DNA of 64,000 bases, from NCBI GenBank assembly GCA_030603495.1, contig JAUVXR010000001.1:4993-68992 (forward strand), in the 5' to 3' direction. The notes under the pieces were generated by a model that was not told where the DNA came from, searched no databases, and was given only the letters and a program-made list of their open reading frames with translations. The DNA is from a bacterium (GTDB lineage: Bacteria > Armatimonadota > Zipacnadia > Zipacnadales > Zipacnadaceae). The position numbers were made by a program, and so were the translations under genes. Below, one piece after another: positions 26,554 to 35,457 of this stretch; the stretch's first letter is position 1, and the number at the start of each line of letters is the position of its first letter.

Positions 26554-28593
26554 TTACTCGTCGGCCTTCGGAAAGCCCTGCTCGAGCTGTTGGGCAGCCA
26601 CTACCACGACTCTGTCGCTCTCAATGCCGCTCTGCTGTATCTTTGCCCTTATGTAGTCCAGGGCGCGGCGGTCGGTGGCGACGCAGACCACCACGTCAAA
26701 GCCCGCGCCCAGATCAGCTTCAATATTGCCCAAGACATCAGACTTGCCGGTCTCGATCTCAATTGCTATTCGCCGTTCGCCTTTGACTGCTGTAATGTCC
26801 GGCCTGCCGTTAATTGGTTTTTCAATCTCTACCTCATAGCCCTGCTTTCTATAGTGCCGGGCAATCCGCTTCTTCCAGTACCGGTGCACAATGCCGTTGC
26901 GATAGTCTGGTATCTGATGGCCCAAATCCTGCAGAACTTGCCTGCCGGCTTTCGTGACCTCAAATAGCACAATCCTTCCTGTGGCCGTGATGACATCTTG
27001 CGGTCGGATTAGTCCAGCCTCTATAAGAGCTTTTTGCACGATATTTCCCCGGCGCCGATTCATCTTGAGTCTTGAGTATCTATCTACCACTGTGCTTGAA
27101 GGATATCGCACTATATCAATCAGCAGTTGTGATTCGCCATAGGATATATTAGGTTTGCCCTCTATATGTTTGTCTGGCGGTGAAATCGGGGAGATCGGGC
27201 GGAGGGAGTGTTGAGCTGCCTGAAATCGCTTGAAATACCTCGCCATCCTCTGGCCTATCGCTTCGTCGCTGATGGCTCCTTTTTGCACCTCAAACTCCGG
27301 CATCCTGATCACAAACGGGCTGCGGATCCGGTCCTGCAGCCTGACTACTGCCTCCCCCAGCTGCAGCCGGCCAAAGCAGTCCTTTTGCTCGTCTTCCAGC
27401 AGCATGCAGTTGGCCATGACATTAGTGTCCTTTCTGTGCTTTAGGTTCATGCAGATGGTGCAGTAGGTGTTGCCCAGCGCGGGAAGTGATATCTGGCAGG
27501 GATGCTGGTCGAGCACCACCATGCTCTCGCCCAACTCCCGGATCTCCCGGAAGGTGATCTCCATAACCGTCTCGCCGCCGGTCAGCGACTGCTTCTCGCG
27601 GTTCAGGATGTGATGGGCCTCTTCAATAATGATCGCGTGTTTGAACTGCTCCCTTCCTCCCTGGGCCAGGCGATAGTGGTGTATCCACAGCACTAACGTC
27701 TCGATGAAGAATATCTTGTCGGATTGGGTCAGCGCATCCAGCTCAAAGACTACCTTCTTGCTCAGCAGCTCTTCCAGCCCCAGGTTCTGTCCGGCGTTCA
27801 CCAACCGACCCATTTCACCGAAGCACAGCGTCGCCACCGCTCGCAGCGTCGAGCTCAGCCAGTTAGACTCTCTACCCTTGGCCGGATAGTTCCTGACCCA
27901 CCGCAGCACGTCCAGCAAAGTGGGATACCTGCTCGCGCCCTCGTAGACTCCGAACTCGCGGTAACAAGTGTCAATGGCCTTCTGCAGCAGGTACATCACC
28001 CCCTCGCCCAAAAAATAGGCGTGGGCAATTACTTCGATTACCTTCTTCAGCCAGATCTTGGGGTCAGTGCCCGCCGGTGGTATGAGAGGATTGAAACGCA
28101 GCGGGGCGATATTCCGCCCCACCGTGAAAACCAGCATGTCTTCAAAGCCGGGTTTGCCCAGCAGATCGCGGTAGTTTCGCTTCCAGTCGAATACCACAAA
28201 AGGCTTGCCCTTGAAGGCCAGCTGCTGGGCCACCATAAAGCCCAGGTTAGTCTTGCCCGCCCCGGAACGACCAAATATGCCTACGTGCTGGATCCATTCG
28301 TCCTCGCGCAAGCCAAAGGGGTATAGAACTTCATCGAGGTACACGACCTCTCCCAGGTGATAGCTACCCTCGGCGCTCAACTCGTCCGGAGGGATGAGAA
28401 ATAGGGGTTCATCCTGCAGATTATCGGGGAAAGTCTGCGAGGCGAGGATTTCTAAGTATTCAGTGATCTGGGCTTTGCCTGGTTCGTCTTCCAGCGTATA
28501 GGTCAGCCAGATGTCATCAGCTTGGGCGCCCAGTATCGGGCGCAGTCTCCGGCACAGCTCCTTTATCCGCTCCCTCTTTCGCTCACCGATCAT
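26554..28593 (-). CDS. FtsK/HerA-superfamily P-loop ATPase (679 aa) with C-terminal winged-helix and restriction-endonuclease-like domain; paralog of 8289-10415
   Basis: Walker A is IFGRSGAGKTNLG and Walker B is IIIEEAHHIL. The C-terminus has a wHTH-like segment (LLIDIVRYPSSTVVDRYSRLKMNRRRGNIVQKALIEAGLIRP) and then DITAVKGERRIAIEIETGKSDVLGNIEADLGAGFDVVVCVATDRRALDYIRAKI. This aligns with EIALGTAEKPQFEVANIEADLGMGYDQVIVAAHAQKDLDRIKEAV of the 708-aa protein. Confidence 0.8.
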   Translation of the reverse strand: MIGERKRERIKELCRRLRPILGAQADDIWLTYTLEDEPGKAQITEYLEILASQTFPDNLQDEPLFLIPPDELSAEGSYHLGEVVYLDEVLYPFGLREDEWIQHVGIFGRSGAGKTNLGFMVAQQLAFKGKPFVVFDWKRNYRDLLGKPGFEDMLVFTVGRNIAPLRFNPLIPPAGTDPKIWLKKVIEVIAHAYFLGEGVMYLLQKAIDTCYREFGVYEGASRYPTLLDVLRWVRNYPAKGRESNWLSSTLRAVATLCFGEMGRLVNAGQNLGLEELLSKKVVFELDALTQSDKIFFIETLVLWIHHYRLAQGGREQFKHAIIIEEAHHILNREKQSLTGGETVMEITFREIRELGESMVVLDQHPCQISLPALGNTYCTICMNLKHRKDTNVMANCMLLEDEQKDCFGRLQLGEAVVRLQDRIRSPFVIRMPEFEVQKGAISDEAIGQRMARYFKRFQAAQHSLRPISPISPPDKHIEGKPNISYGESQLLIDIVRYPSSTVVDRYSRLKMNRRRGNIVQKALIEAGLIRPQDVITATGRIVLFEVTKAGRQVLQDLGHQIPDYRNGIVHRYWKKRIARHYRKQGYEVEIEKPINGRPDITAVKGERRIAIEIETGKSDVLGNIEADLGAGFDVVVCVATDRRALDYIRAKIQQSGIESDRVVVVAAQQLEQGFPKADE

Positions 28594-28629
28594 CTTGCCC
28601 CATTTGTGGATGGTACCGACAGGCTTCCC

Positions 28630-29208
28630 TCAGGCTGGTCCGGCATTTGCCCCAGCCTCCTGTCTTTCTTTCCGGTCGCCCCAGAACAGCTCCCGGCGCT
28701 GTACAGCTGCTTTGTGCTCTGATGCAACCTGCAACAGCTTCTGTTTCAACTCGGCGGTATCGCTCCAGCATCTTATCCGCTCCCGGCAGATCTGGTCCTC
28801 CAGAGCGGTTACGTTGCTTTGCAATCGCGTTATTCCCACGTCGTTAGCAGAGACCTGGTTGATCTGCAGGCAGTAGAGCTGGGCCTGGCACTGCTGCAGT
28901 CGCGAGCTCAATTCCGCGATGTTGCGCGCACTTAGTTGCTCACGCTGCTTGATCAGCGCCAACAGCTGCAGCAAGCTGGCTCGTTGATAGCGCAAATGGT
29001 TCTCAATAACCGCACCGGCGGGATCGTCGCGAGACAGCCTGTGGGCCAGAAACTCTGCCACCACCTTAGCCTCCTGGGGAACGACTGCTCCCGCTGCCTC
29101 CAGGCCGGTCCAGAGAAGCTGCTCGCTTTCAGGCTGGGCAGTTGCCGAGAGATAGCCGGGGCTAACCGGTTCCTTCAATATCGGAATATCATAACGTGTG
29201 TGTATCAT
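28630..29208 (-). CDS. hypothetical coiled-coil protein (192 aa) upstream of the HerA-like ATPase
   Basis: Q/L/R-rich heptad-like sequence (LLQLLALIKQREQLSARNIAELSSRLQQCQAQLYCLQ). It ends 37 nt before the ATPase start on the same strand. Confidence 0.45.
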   Translation of the reverse strand: MIHTRYDIPILKEPVSPGYLSATAQPESEQLLWTGLEAAGAVVPQEAKVVAEFLAHRLSRDDPAGAVIENHLRYQRASLLQLLALIKQREQLSARNIAELSSRLQQCQAQLYCLQINQVSANDVGITRLQSNVTALEDQICRERIRCWSDTAELKQKLLQVASEHKAAVQRRELFWGDRKERQEAGANAGPA

Positions 29209-29435
29209 TTTATCGTTCCGGGGAATGGTAATTCTCCGGTAGTAACGGCAGGCAAATCGGCCTTATAAAGCTTGTACCGAAGTGTGGCTGGGTCAGCGGG
29301 GAGGGTACCGAGTCTGAGTGATCGCAGTGCATGTGCCTGGACCTTTTTGATTCTGGTCGCGGTTCTGCACCGTTTTTTTGCTTCTGCTTCTGATTCTGCC
29401 GCTATTACCCCCTCTTCTTCCAATATCAAAAACAA
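29205..29435 (-). CDS. small basic hypothetical protein (76 aa), first gene of the operon
   Basis: Its stop overlaps the start of the 192-aa gene (ATGA at 29205-29208). It is basic and helix-rich (KKRCRTATRIKKVQAHALRSLRLG) and could be a small DNA-binding regulator. Weak support. Confidence 0.3.
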   Translation of the reverse strand: MFLILEEEGVIAAESEAEAKKRCRTATRIKKVQAHALRSLRLGTLPADPATLRYKLYKADLPAVTTGELPFPGTIK

Positions 29436-29529
29436 ATCACCCCTTACTTACTCTCCCTAACCACTCTTCGCCCTTGACCCCTCACCCTTAAACCAACAAC
29501 TTCTCTTCCCCCACTTCATCCCCCACAGT

Positions 29530-29676
29530 CCCTCTCTGGCACCGATCCTCCCTCTCGCACCGATCATCCCTCTCGCACCAATCTCCCCTCTCGCACCAAT
29601 CTCCCCTCTGCCACCAAACGCCCTCTGCCACCAAACGCCCTCTGGCACCGAACTCCGCTCCGCCACCGGCGTGTCC
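29530..29676. repeat. array of about 8 contiguous degenerate 17-21 bp direct repeats (consensus CCTCTSGCACCRAWCNYC), iteron-like
   Basis: The units read directly are: ccctctctggcaccgatcctc, cctctcgcaccgatcatc, cctctcgcaccaatctcc (x2), cctctgccaccaaacgc (x2), cctctggcaccgaactccg, ctccgccaccggcgtgtcc. The minus-strand ORF translating them (GARGEIGARG...) is an artefact of the repeat. Confidence 0.8.
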
Positions 29677-29733
29677 CTGACCCCCAGCACAAACAGTCCT
29701 TGCTACATCCGCCGCGTACGTCTCAAGATCCCC

Positions 29734-29791
29734 GCGCGGGCGCGCAGAGCGCCCGCGCCTCGCAGCCAGTTGCATCGTCGAAGACGATGCA
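29734..29791. repeat. two adjacent perfect inverted repeats (GC-rich hairpins)
   Basis: GCGCGGGCGC-gcaga-GCGCCCGCGC at 29734-29758 has 10-bp arms. TGCATCGTC-gaa-GACGATGCA at 29771-29791 has 9-bp arms. Both lie in the non-coding, low-complexity junction. Confidence 0.7.
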
Positions 29792-30264
29792 CAGCAGTTA
29801 CGCAGCCCCAAACCGCCTTCGCAGCCCTAATCCACTATTCAACACCTTTCTTCTCTATTAGCCCAGCTTCCACCACACACAATGCATCCCAACGCATCAC
29901 CACCCACCACCCACCGCACCCAGTTGCTGCAGAGCACCTCCAACAGCCCACCTCACTCAGACCAACTCAATTCGGCTCCAACCAGCAACCTGCTTCAGTC
30001 AGCCATCGCAACCGCCAAATGACACTTTCCTCAATACTCCACGCCAGGCAAACGCCTTTGCAACCCACACTTCTCTTGAATGTACAGAATCCCAAACCAC
30101 CATTTCTACCAGCTTACTCCTGCAATTTTCCGCCAAGCTAAGAACATTTTCCATTTCCACACTCGTCTTCATATTCCACCCCAATCTACCCTTTCAATTC
30201 CTCTAATACCCATGATCAATCCCCACAAACTCTGCCCTCGGCCAGGCTCTCTCACCCCGCCAAC

Positions 30265-30560
30265 CCAGCGCCACGTCGGGCAGCAGTTCGAAGAACTGCC
30301 GATGCCCCGATATGTCAGCCTGCAGCACTCATCGTCGCGCCCCGAAGGGCGTGCGCTGTCTCGTCACACCACCCAACCCAAGACACCCAAGCCATAAGAT
30401 GCAGGGCCACGACCATGGGCACGCTGACACCCCTCACCACAGCCTTGCCCTCCCAGCCCAGCCTCCACGTCGGGCAGCAGTTCGAAGAACTGCCGATGCC
30501 CCGAGCTTCCTATTCCTCTGACAGAATCATCGTCGCGCCCCGCTAGGGCGTGCGCCGTCT
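30265..30560. repeat. duplicated roughly 70-bp bipartite module (40-bp perfect core plus a roughly 30-bp second block) present twice, 194 bp apart
   Basis: The core ccacgtcgggcagcagttcgaagaactgccgatgccccga occurs at 30271-30310 and again at 30465-30504. Each core contains the hairpin GCAGTTC-gaa-GAACTGC. The second block atcgtcgcgccccg..gggcgtgcgc.gtct occurs at 30331-30360 and 30529-30560. Confidence 0.8.
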
Positions 30561-31353
30561 GCCGGCATAGCCCGTGCCCCACCTTAGGAGGACAAAGGCG
30601 AGCATGGGCGGGCGTCTCCCTGCACAGCAGCTTCTCCCTCTTGCACCCGCACTGCTGTCTCGTTCCTGCCTAGGTTCCCTTCCCATTTCCCAATCAGCCA
30701 CATCCCCCAGCCAAATCTCGCTCACTCACAATAACCAGACAACATGCCATCCTGCTAACCAGTGCGTCAAAAACTCAGATTCAGGCCAGCCATTCAGGCC
30801 AGCCATACCACAGATAGCCAATGAGCGTGGATGATGCCACGTTAGGCGCCCTGGATAGGGCCGCGCCGACGCATGGCTGAGATTCGATACGCAGCCCCAC
30901 GATGAAGTACGCAGTTTAAGATCTCCCGCCCAGCTCCGCCCGTAGCATCCTTCATGTCATATCCAAGATGTCTCAACCCCACCCCGCCTCGAGTGCCCTG
31001 TCTTGGGAGATGTCTCAAAGGTCTCTTCCTTGCAGCACAATCCTCAGCCCATGCTCGCCGCCATAACGCAGCCTGTCGCAGTGCGCTTTGGTATGCGCGA
31101 ATGAAGCATGTTTGGGAAGTTATTAGGGGAATCTCAGAACCTGTCCCTACACTTTCGTAAGTCACAAATACTGGATCGTGCCAGATAATCCATACCTCCA
31201 CCACATTCTGCTGCCCATGCTCATCCCAGCCAGCTCTCGCTACGAATCCGATCTTGCAGCACTCGAGTCCGGTAACACCTCTACCTTTCGGCCATCACTC
31301 GATCTATCAAAAGAAGAGAGCCCGCTCTCACAAGCAGGCTCTTCTCTGGCCAC

Positions 31354-31647
31354 CTATTTAGCCCTTGCATTTCTGGCTACAACTTGGTCGATCAGGTCAG
31401 ATGCTTCTGTCTTGGTCATGTCGTCGTCAGACTCAACTCCCAGTATTCTCAAATAGGCTATCTGCTTCTCGGTTGCTTGCCCCTCATCATTGCGTCTTTC
31501 TTTTGCTATCTGTTTCATGCGCCTATCCTTGGCCATCTCTTGCATTACGGCCACGGCGTAGTCCTCTGTTGGCACCCCATGATCAAGCAAGCACTGCCAA
31601 ATCTCCCTGAGCTGCTCGGCATAATCTTGCATTTCCATTTTAACCAC
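31354..31647 (-). CDS. small hypothetical protein (97 aa)
   Basis: Charged, helical sequence (EKQIAYLRILGV...MTKTEASDLIDQV). It is an isolated gene in a lower-GC segment flanking the repeat-rich junction. Confidence 0.4.
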   Translation of the reverse strand: MVKMEMQDYAEQLREIWQCLLDHGVPTEDYAVAVMQEMAKDRRMKQIAKERRNDEGQATEKQIAYLRILGVESDDDMTKTEASDLIDQVVARNARAK

Positions 31648-32666
31648 CTCCTTTTAATGATTCATGTTTGGAGTTGCCTCCATCAGGCATGTGAATGCCT
31701 ATGAATGATTACCAACAGCAGCAGTTACCCGAGTCTCGAAGAGACCGAAAAGCTTAAATGACCGCAGGCGAGCTTGCTGAGAGGGGCTTGGTTTGGGTGG
31801 GCAGTGAATCAGTAAGTGAGTCTGGAGGAAGTTGAGCGTGGGCGAAACTTCCCGGAAGATCTTTTATGCTTTTCGCCCCGCCAGGGGTCAGTGTCCTGGT
31901 TAACAGGTGTTTGGGCAGCGTTTAGTTAGATAGACAGGAGAGAAGGAATGGCCCGAGAAGAGGGAAAACTGGCGGACGGCCTCCGCCTACTAGAGCCCAG
32001 CAAATATGACCACAGTCTGGCTGCACCTGGGCTGGTGAAAGTCCACAAGAGCGCCTGCAGTATTAATATGTCTCTGGTGGACAGCGGAGAGGGTAGAATT
32101 GCCCGACAGCCAGGATCTGCCTGTCCTGACCATTTCCTTTGGCCTGCAGCCTCGGCCGACAGAGAAGGGCATGTTGATCATCCACTTGCACATGAAGGGC
32201 CAGGAGTTTGAGGATGAAAGCGAAGCACACGCCTTCTCGCAGCGATTTCTGGGCACGCCGCCACAACCACCAGGTGAGCTCTCGCCAGAAGAAGGAGCCC
32301 AACTCTTGTCCTACAATGTCTTTCAAGGCTGAAAACTGTGGTGGACGCCAGCAACTATGATTACCTACTGGATAGTGAGATGGCTCTCCACGCCAGCCTC
32401 GCTACGAGCTACCGCTCGGCTACGTATTGCCTTGACCCGTCTCTACCCGAGTCTACATCCAATCCCCAAGAAATACCAAATACAAGGCCGCGCAGACGAC
32501 TGTTGGGTTGTCGTATTGTGGGTGCCTGGCTACTTAGAGCAAGTTGTCCTGCGCCCTACCGGCCTATCAGTCATCTCTTTCTTGTGACCAGGCAGCAAAA
32601 AGTATTTAAGAGGCACCTGCCTGATTCCTTCGGGGTTATACCAAGGCATAGCTCCGATCTTGGAAA

Positions 32667-33782
32667 ATGAATACCGCGGACTTCCCTGTAGCCGAATTGC
32701 ACCAGGTGTTCAGTGAGACTAGGACGCTAGAGCAACTCGTGGACAGGCTTTCTCAGGTCTCCCAATATCTCCCACCCGAGAACAATATCGAAGAGCTTGT
32801 CCCTGGCATTCTCGGCCTGTGGAGACACCTAGTCGCTACGAGGACTGATCCACACTTTTCGGGGACCTCGGAAAGTGTACCAGCATCCTTAGATACCCCT
32901 GAGCAGGAAACTGCTGGGTTTTCCCTAACCCATCAAATGCAGCACTTTCGGACCTTGAGAAAACGTGCGCTTCGTGGGACAGAAAGGTCAGGCTCAACGA
33001 GCGTACCACCTGAATCTCTACCGGGCAATCGGGTGCAAGTGCGGGGGGCAACCTGTACTGTTCATGGAATTGTACACAACACGGGTCGGCGTGTGCTACT
33101 TGCGCCGGAATTAAAAAACTACATCAGCACCGCCATCAGATATAGCCACCAGCCTCGCAAAGGCGAAACGTACCTATGCGAGTCATCTTTTGCTGACCAA
33201 TTTCATCTGGATCCGCACCACGAAATGGCTGACTCGAGCAGGTGGAAAGACTATGCGGCCCTTGAACGTACCGATGCTTCGTACTCGCATTTCTTTCCGG
33301 AGTATGCACCTTTGGCTGGGGTTCTGGCGGAAGAACGTATCGCCGAGCGCTTACTCAGGAGGCTAGCTAGCGAGCACAAGCAACTATGGTCCCCTCTCAT
33401 TCATTGTCTCAACCAGCCTTTGGCCAGTGTGAGCGACCTGGAGAGAGTTAGAGATCTCTACGCCTATATCGAGCTTCCACAGCCCCTTCAGACGGATTAC
33501 CATAGATTTGTTATTCTGTGCTTGAAAGAGCTAGTATGCAAGCCTTCGTGGCGCCGGGAATATGTTCGCTGGTTGAGTTCTTTGTACCGAGCCAAACATA
33601 TGGCTAGCCACGTTACAGAGTATATCCAGGAACATAATCTGCGCAGACTTCACATCCTCGTGGGACTTGCTCATGAATCATACATTGTATCTTTTCTCAA
33701 TGACATGAACTCTTACGGGGCAGGCGCACATGGTTGCTCAGTCAGCGGAAGCACTCATCAATCTCGCTGGAGCTCCGAATAA
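32667..33782 (+). CDS. hypothetical protein (371 aa)
   Basis: The only long plus-strand ORF in the 31.7-33.8 kb region, with protein-like composition. It converges on the 571-aa minus-strand gene with a 41-nt 3' overlap. Confidence 0.45.
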   Translation: MNTADFPVAELHQVFSETRTLEQLVDRLSQVSQYLPPENNIEELVPGILGLWRHLVATRTDPHFSGTSESVPASLDTPEQETAGFSLTHQMQHFRTLRKRALRGTERSGSTSVPPESLPGNRVQVRGATCTVHGIVHNTGRRVLLAPELKNYISTAIRYSHQPRKGETYLCESSFADQFHLDPHHEMADSSRWKDYAALERTDASYSHFFPEYAPLAGVLAEERIAERLLRRLASEHKQLWSPLIHCLNQPLASVSDLERVRDLYAYIELPQPLQTDYHRFVILCLKELVCKPSWRREYVRWLSSLYRAKHMASHVTEYIQEHNLRRLHILVGLAHESYIVSFLNDMNSYGAGAHGCSVSGSTHQSRWSSE

Positions 33783-35457
33783 CCACATCCCAGCTAGCCT
33801 TCCAGGCCTCGCCTTCGCCTGGCAAGTCCACACCCTCTAATGCTCCCGCTATTTCTGGTTGCATCACCTTGTGGTCTGTGCTCGTGCTGTTCCCGAAGTC
33901 AGGGTGCCCGTCGAATACTTGGGCAAATGTCGTCCACCAGGCCCTGGTTGCTTTGTTAAGTTCCCGGAGCCAATCTCCAGGCTCTTTCTCACCGTTAGCT
34001 TGCTGGATACTCCATACGCTATTGCTTAGAGCTTTGGTGGTGACAGGATCTGTTACGGGTTGGCCCTCTGCTTCTAATGAACTCTTAACCTTATCACTTG
34101 CATGGGCGGCATTTACCTTTTGCAAAACCTGGTCGGTGGCTTCCTTGACTTGTTTGTAAGCCAGGCCTACACATTTGCGGATCATGTACGGCGCTTCCTC
34201 GGTTTGCCGTCCAGATTCCCTGGCTGTCTGCCACTGCCTGCGGAGCTCTTTTGGAGTAGGCTGATTTGATTTGCTTGCTTCCCTGCTTTCAACGTAGGGC
34301 AGATAACACGGAATCCCTACTTGGCTAAGGGGCTGCGTCCGCTCTATGAAACCATCTGCCGCTCCTACGAGGGTTGCTTCATCGTCTGTGTCCCACATGT
34401 TCAAAGCGTCAGACAATACTCCCAGCCACTCTATCCGACACTGATTCTCGAATTCGGCGCATTCCACCATAAACTCAAATGATCTATCAATCGCCAGATA
34501 GTTAAGGAATATTGCTGCACGGCGTTCTGTGAGCTCGATTTCTTCCGAACCAGTTCGTTGGCGCCAGAATCGTTCAGCGGCCTCCAGGTATGTGTCTACA
34601 AGGCGCTCTATCACGATACGGGGGCCCCACAGTTCTTGATCTGATGCAAACGCAGTCGTCACTGCGTCCTCGTCTTGGAATGCCGAGCGCATCCTGTTGC
34701 CATTTTGTGTCCAGCCACCAATTGGCGCCGCCGCCAGAATCGGTACTCTCCGCCTGATGGTCGAGCTCTGCGGTACAAACGGGATCGGGCCATAGCAGTA
34801 CGGCGAGACAGCAATGCTACTCTTATAGCTCATCGCGTAGCGCTCTAAGTCTTTAAACAGATTGGCAAGCGTCTTGTAAGCCAGCGAACGGGTGATTCCT
34901 TCTTGTAGGCAATTGAAGCGCATCTGTAGCAGTCTCAGTGTGTAGTTGATTAGGGCCAGGTCCCTAGCTACCTGAGCCGCTGCTAACGTGTCCACGACTT
35001 CGAATTCTACCGCACGATGGGCTTTGTCCTGGCCTTTGAACTTGAGTACCAACCTGGCTAGACCGGAAGATAAGCTCTCTTCAGCTATCTCCCCAGGAAG
35101 ATACAGACGGACGCGATACCTCTTTTTTGTGCTCTCATCATGAATAACGCCATTCTGTGGTGAAATCATGCCGTGATCAAGCAGTATGTCTAAGCAGCGA
35201 CTAATCCCATGTGCAGATACGGTGCCCGCCAGGACTTGCTGCAACTGAGTAAATGAAATACCTTTTCTCGAGTTTCTCTCATCAATGAACTGTCGGGCGG
35301 TTCTGATCTTGGAGAAACTTAGCTCTGACTCGTCATCCGGCCTTTTCTCACGCTGCCCAACATGTTCATAAATAGCACAGGCAACGAAAATCTCTTCAGA
35401 AAACATCTGTGTAGGCTTCACTTGCTCAAATACGAAATCGCCGACTGGTGTGTCCAC
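33742..35457 (-). CDS. hypothetical protein (571 aa) with an N-terminal winged-helix-like segment; last gene of the pyr/PRTase operon
   Basis: Its start overlaps the stop of the upstream PRTase gene by 1 nt (35457). The N-terminus has ISFTQLQQVLAGTVSAHGISRCLDILLDHGMI (wHTH-like). The remainder is unassigned. Confidence 0.55.
   Translation of the reverse strand: MDTPVGDFVFEQVKPTQMFSEEIFVACAIYEHVGQREKRPDDESELSFSKIRTARQFIDERNSRKGISFTQLQQVLAGTVSAHGISRCLDILLDHGMISPQNGVIHDESTKKRYRVRLYLPGEIAEESLSSGLARLVLKFKGQDKAHRAVEFEVVDTLAAAQVARDLALINYTLRLLQMRFNCLQEGITRSLAYKTLANLFKDLERYAMSYKSSIAVSPYCYGPIPFVPQSSTIRRRVPILAAAPIGGWTQNGNRMRSAFQDEDAVTTAFASDQELWGPRIVIERLVDTYLEAAERFWRQRTGSEEIELTERRAAIFLNYLAIDRSFEFMVECAEFENQCRIEWLGVLSDALNMWDTDDEATLVGAADGFIERTQPLSQVGIPCYLPYVESREASKSNQPTPKELRRQWQTARESGRQTEEAPYMIRKCVGLAYKQVKEATDQVLQKVNAAHASDKVKSSLEAEGQPVTDPVTTKALSNSVWSIQQANGEKEPGDWLRELNKATRAWWTTFAQVFDGHPDFGNSTSTDHKVMQPEIAGALEGVDLPGEGEAWKASWDVVIRSSSEIDECFR

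Noticed and set aside
29530-29676. Possible CRISPR array
   Set aside because: The repeat units are contiguous with no unique spacers, are only 17-21 bp and degenerate, and no cas genes are present. This is an iteron or minisatellite, not CRISPR.
29457-29811. Minus-strand ORFs 29457-29690 and 29488-29811 encoding GARGEIGARG... and Gly/Arg-rich repeats
   Set aside because: They are direct translations of the 17-21 bp tandem DNA repeats and GC hairpins. They have no start context and overlap each other, so I treat the region as non-coding repeat DNA.
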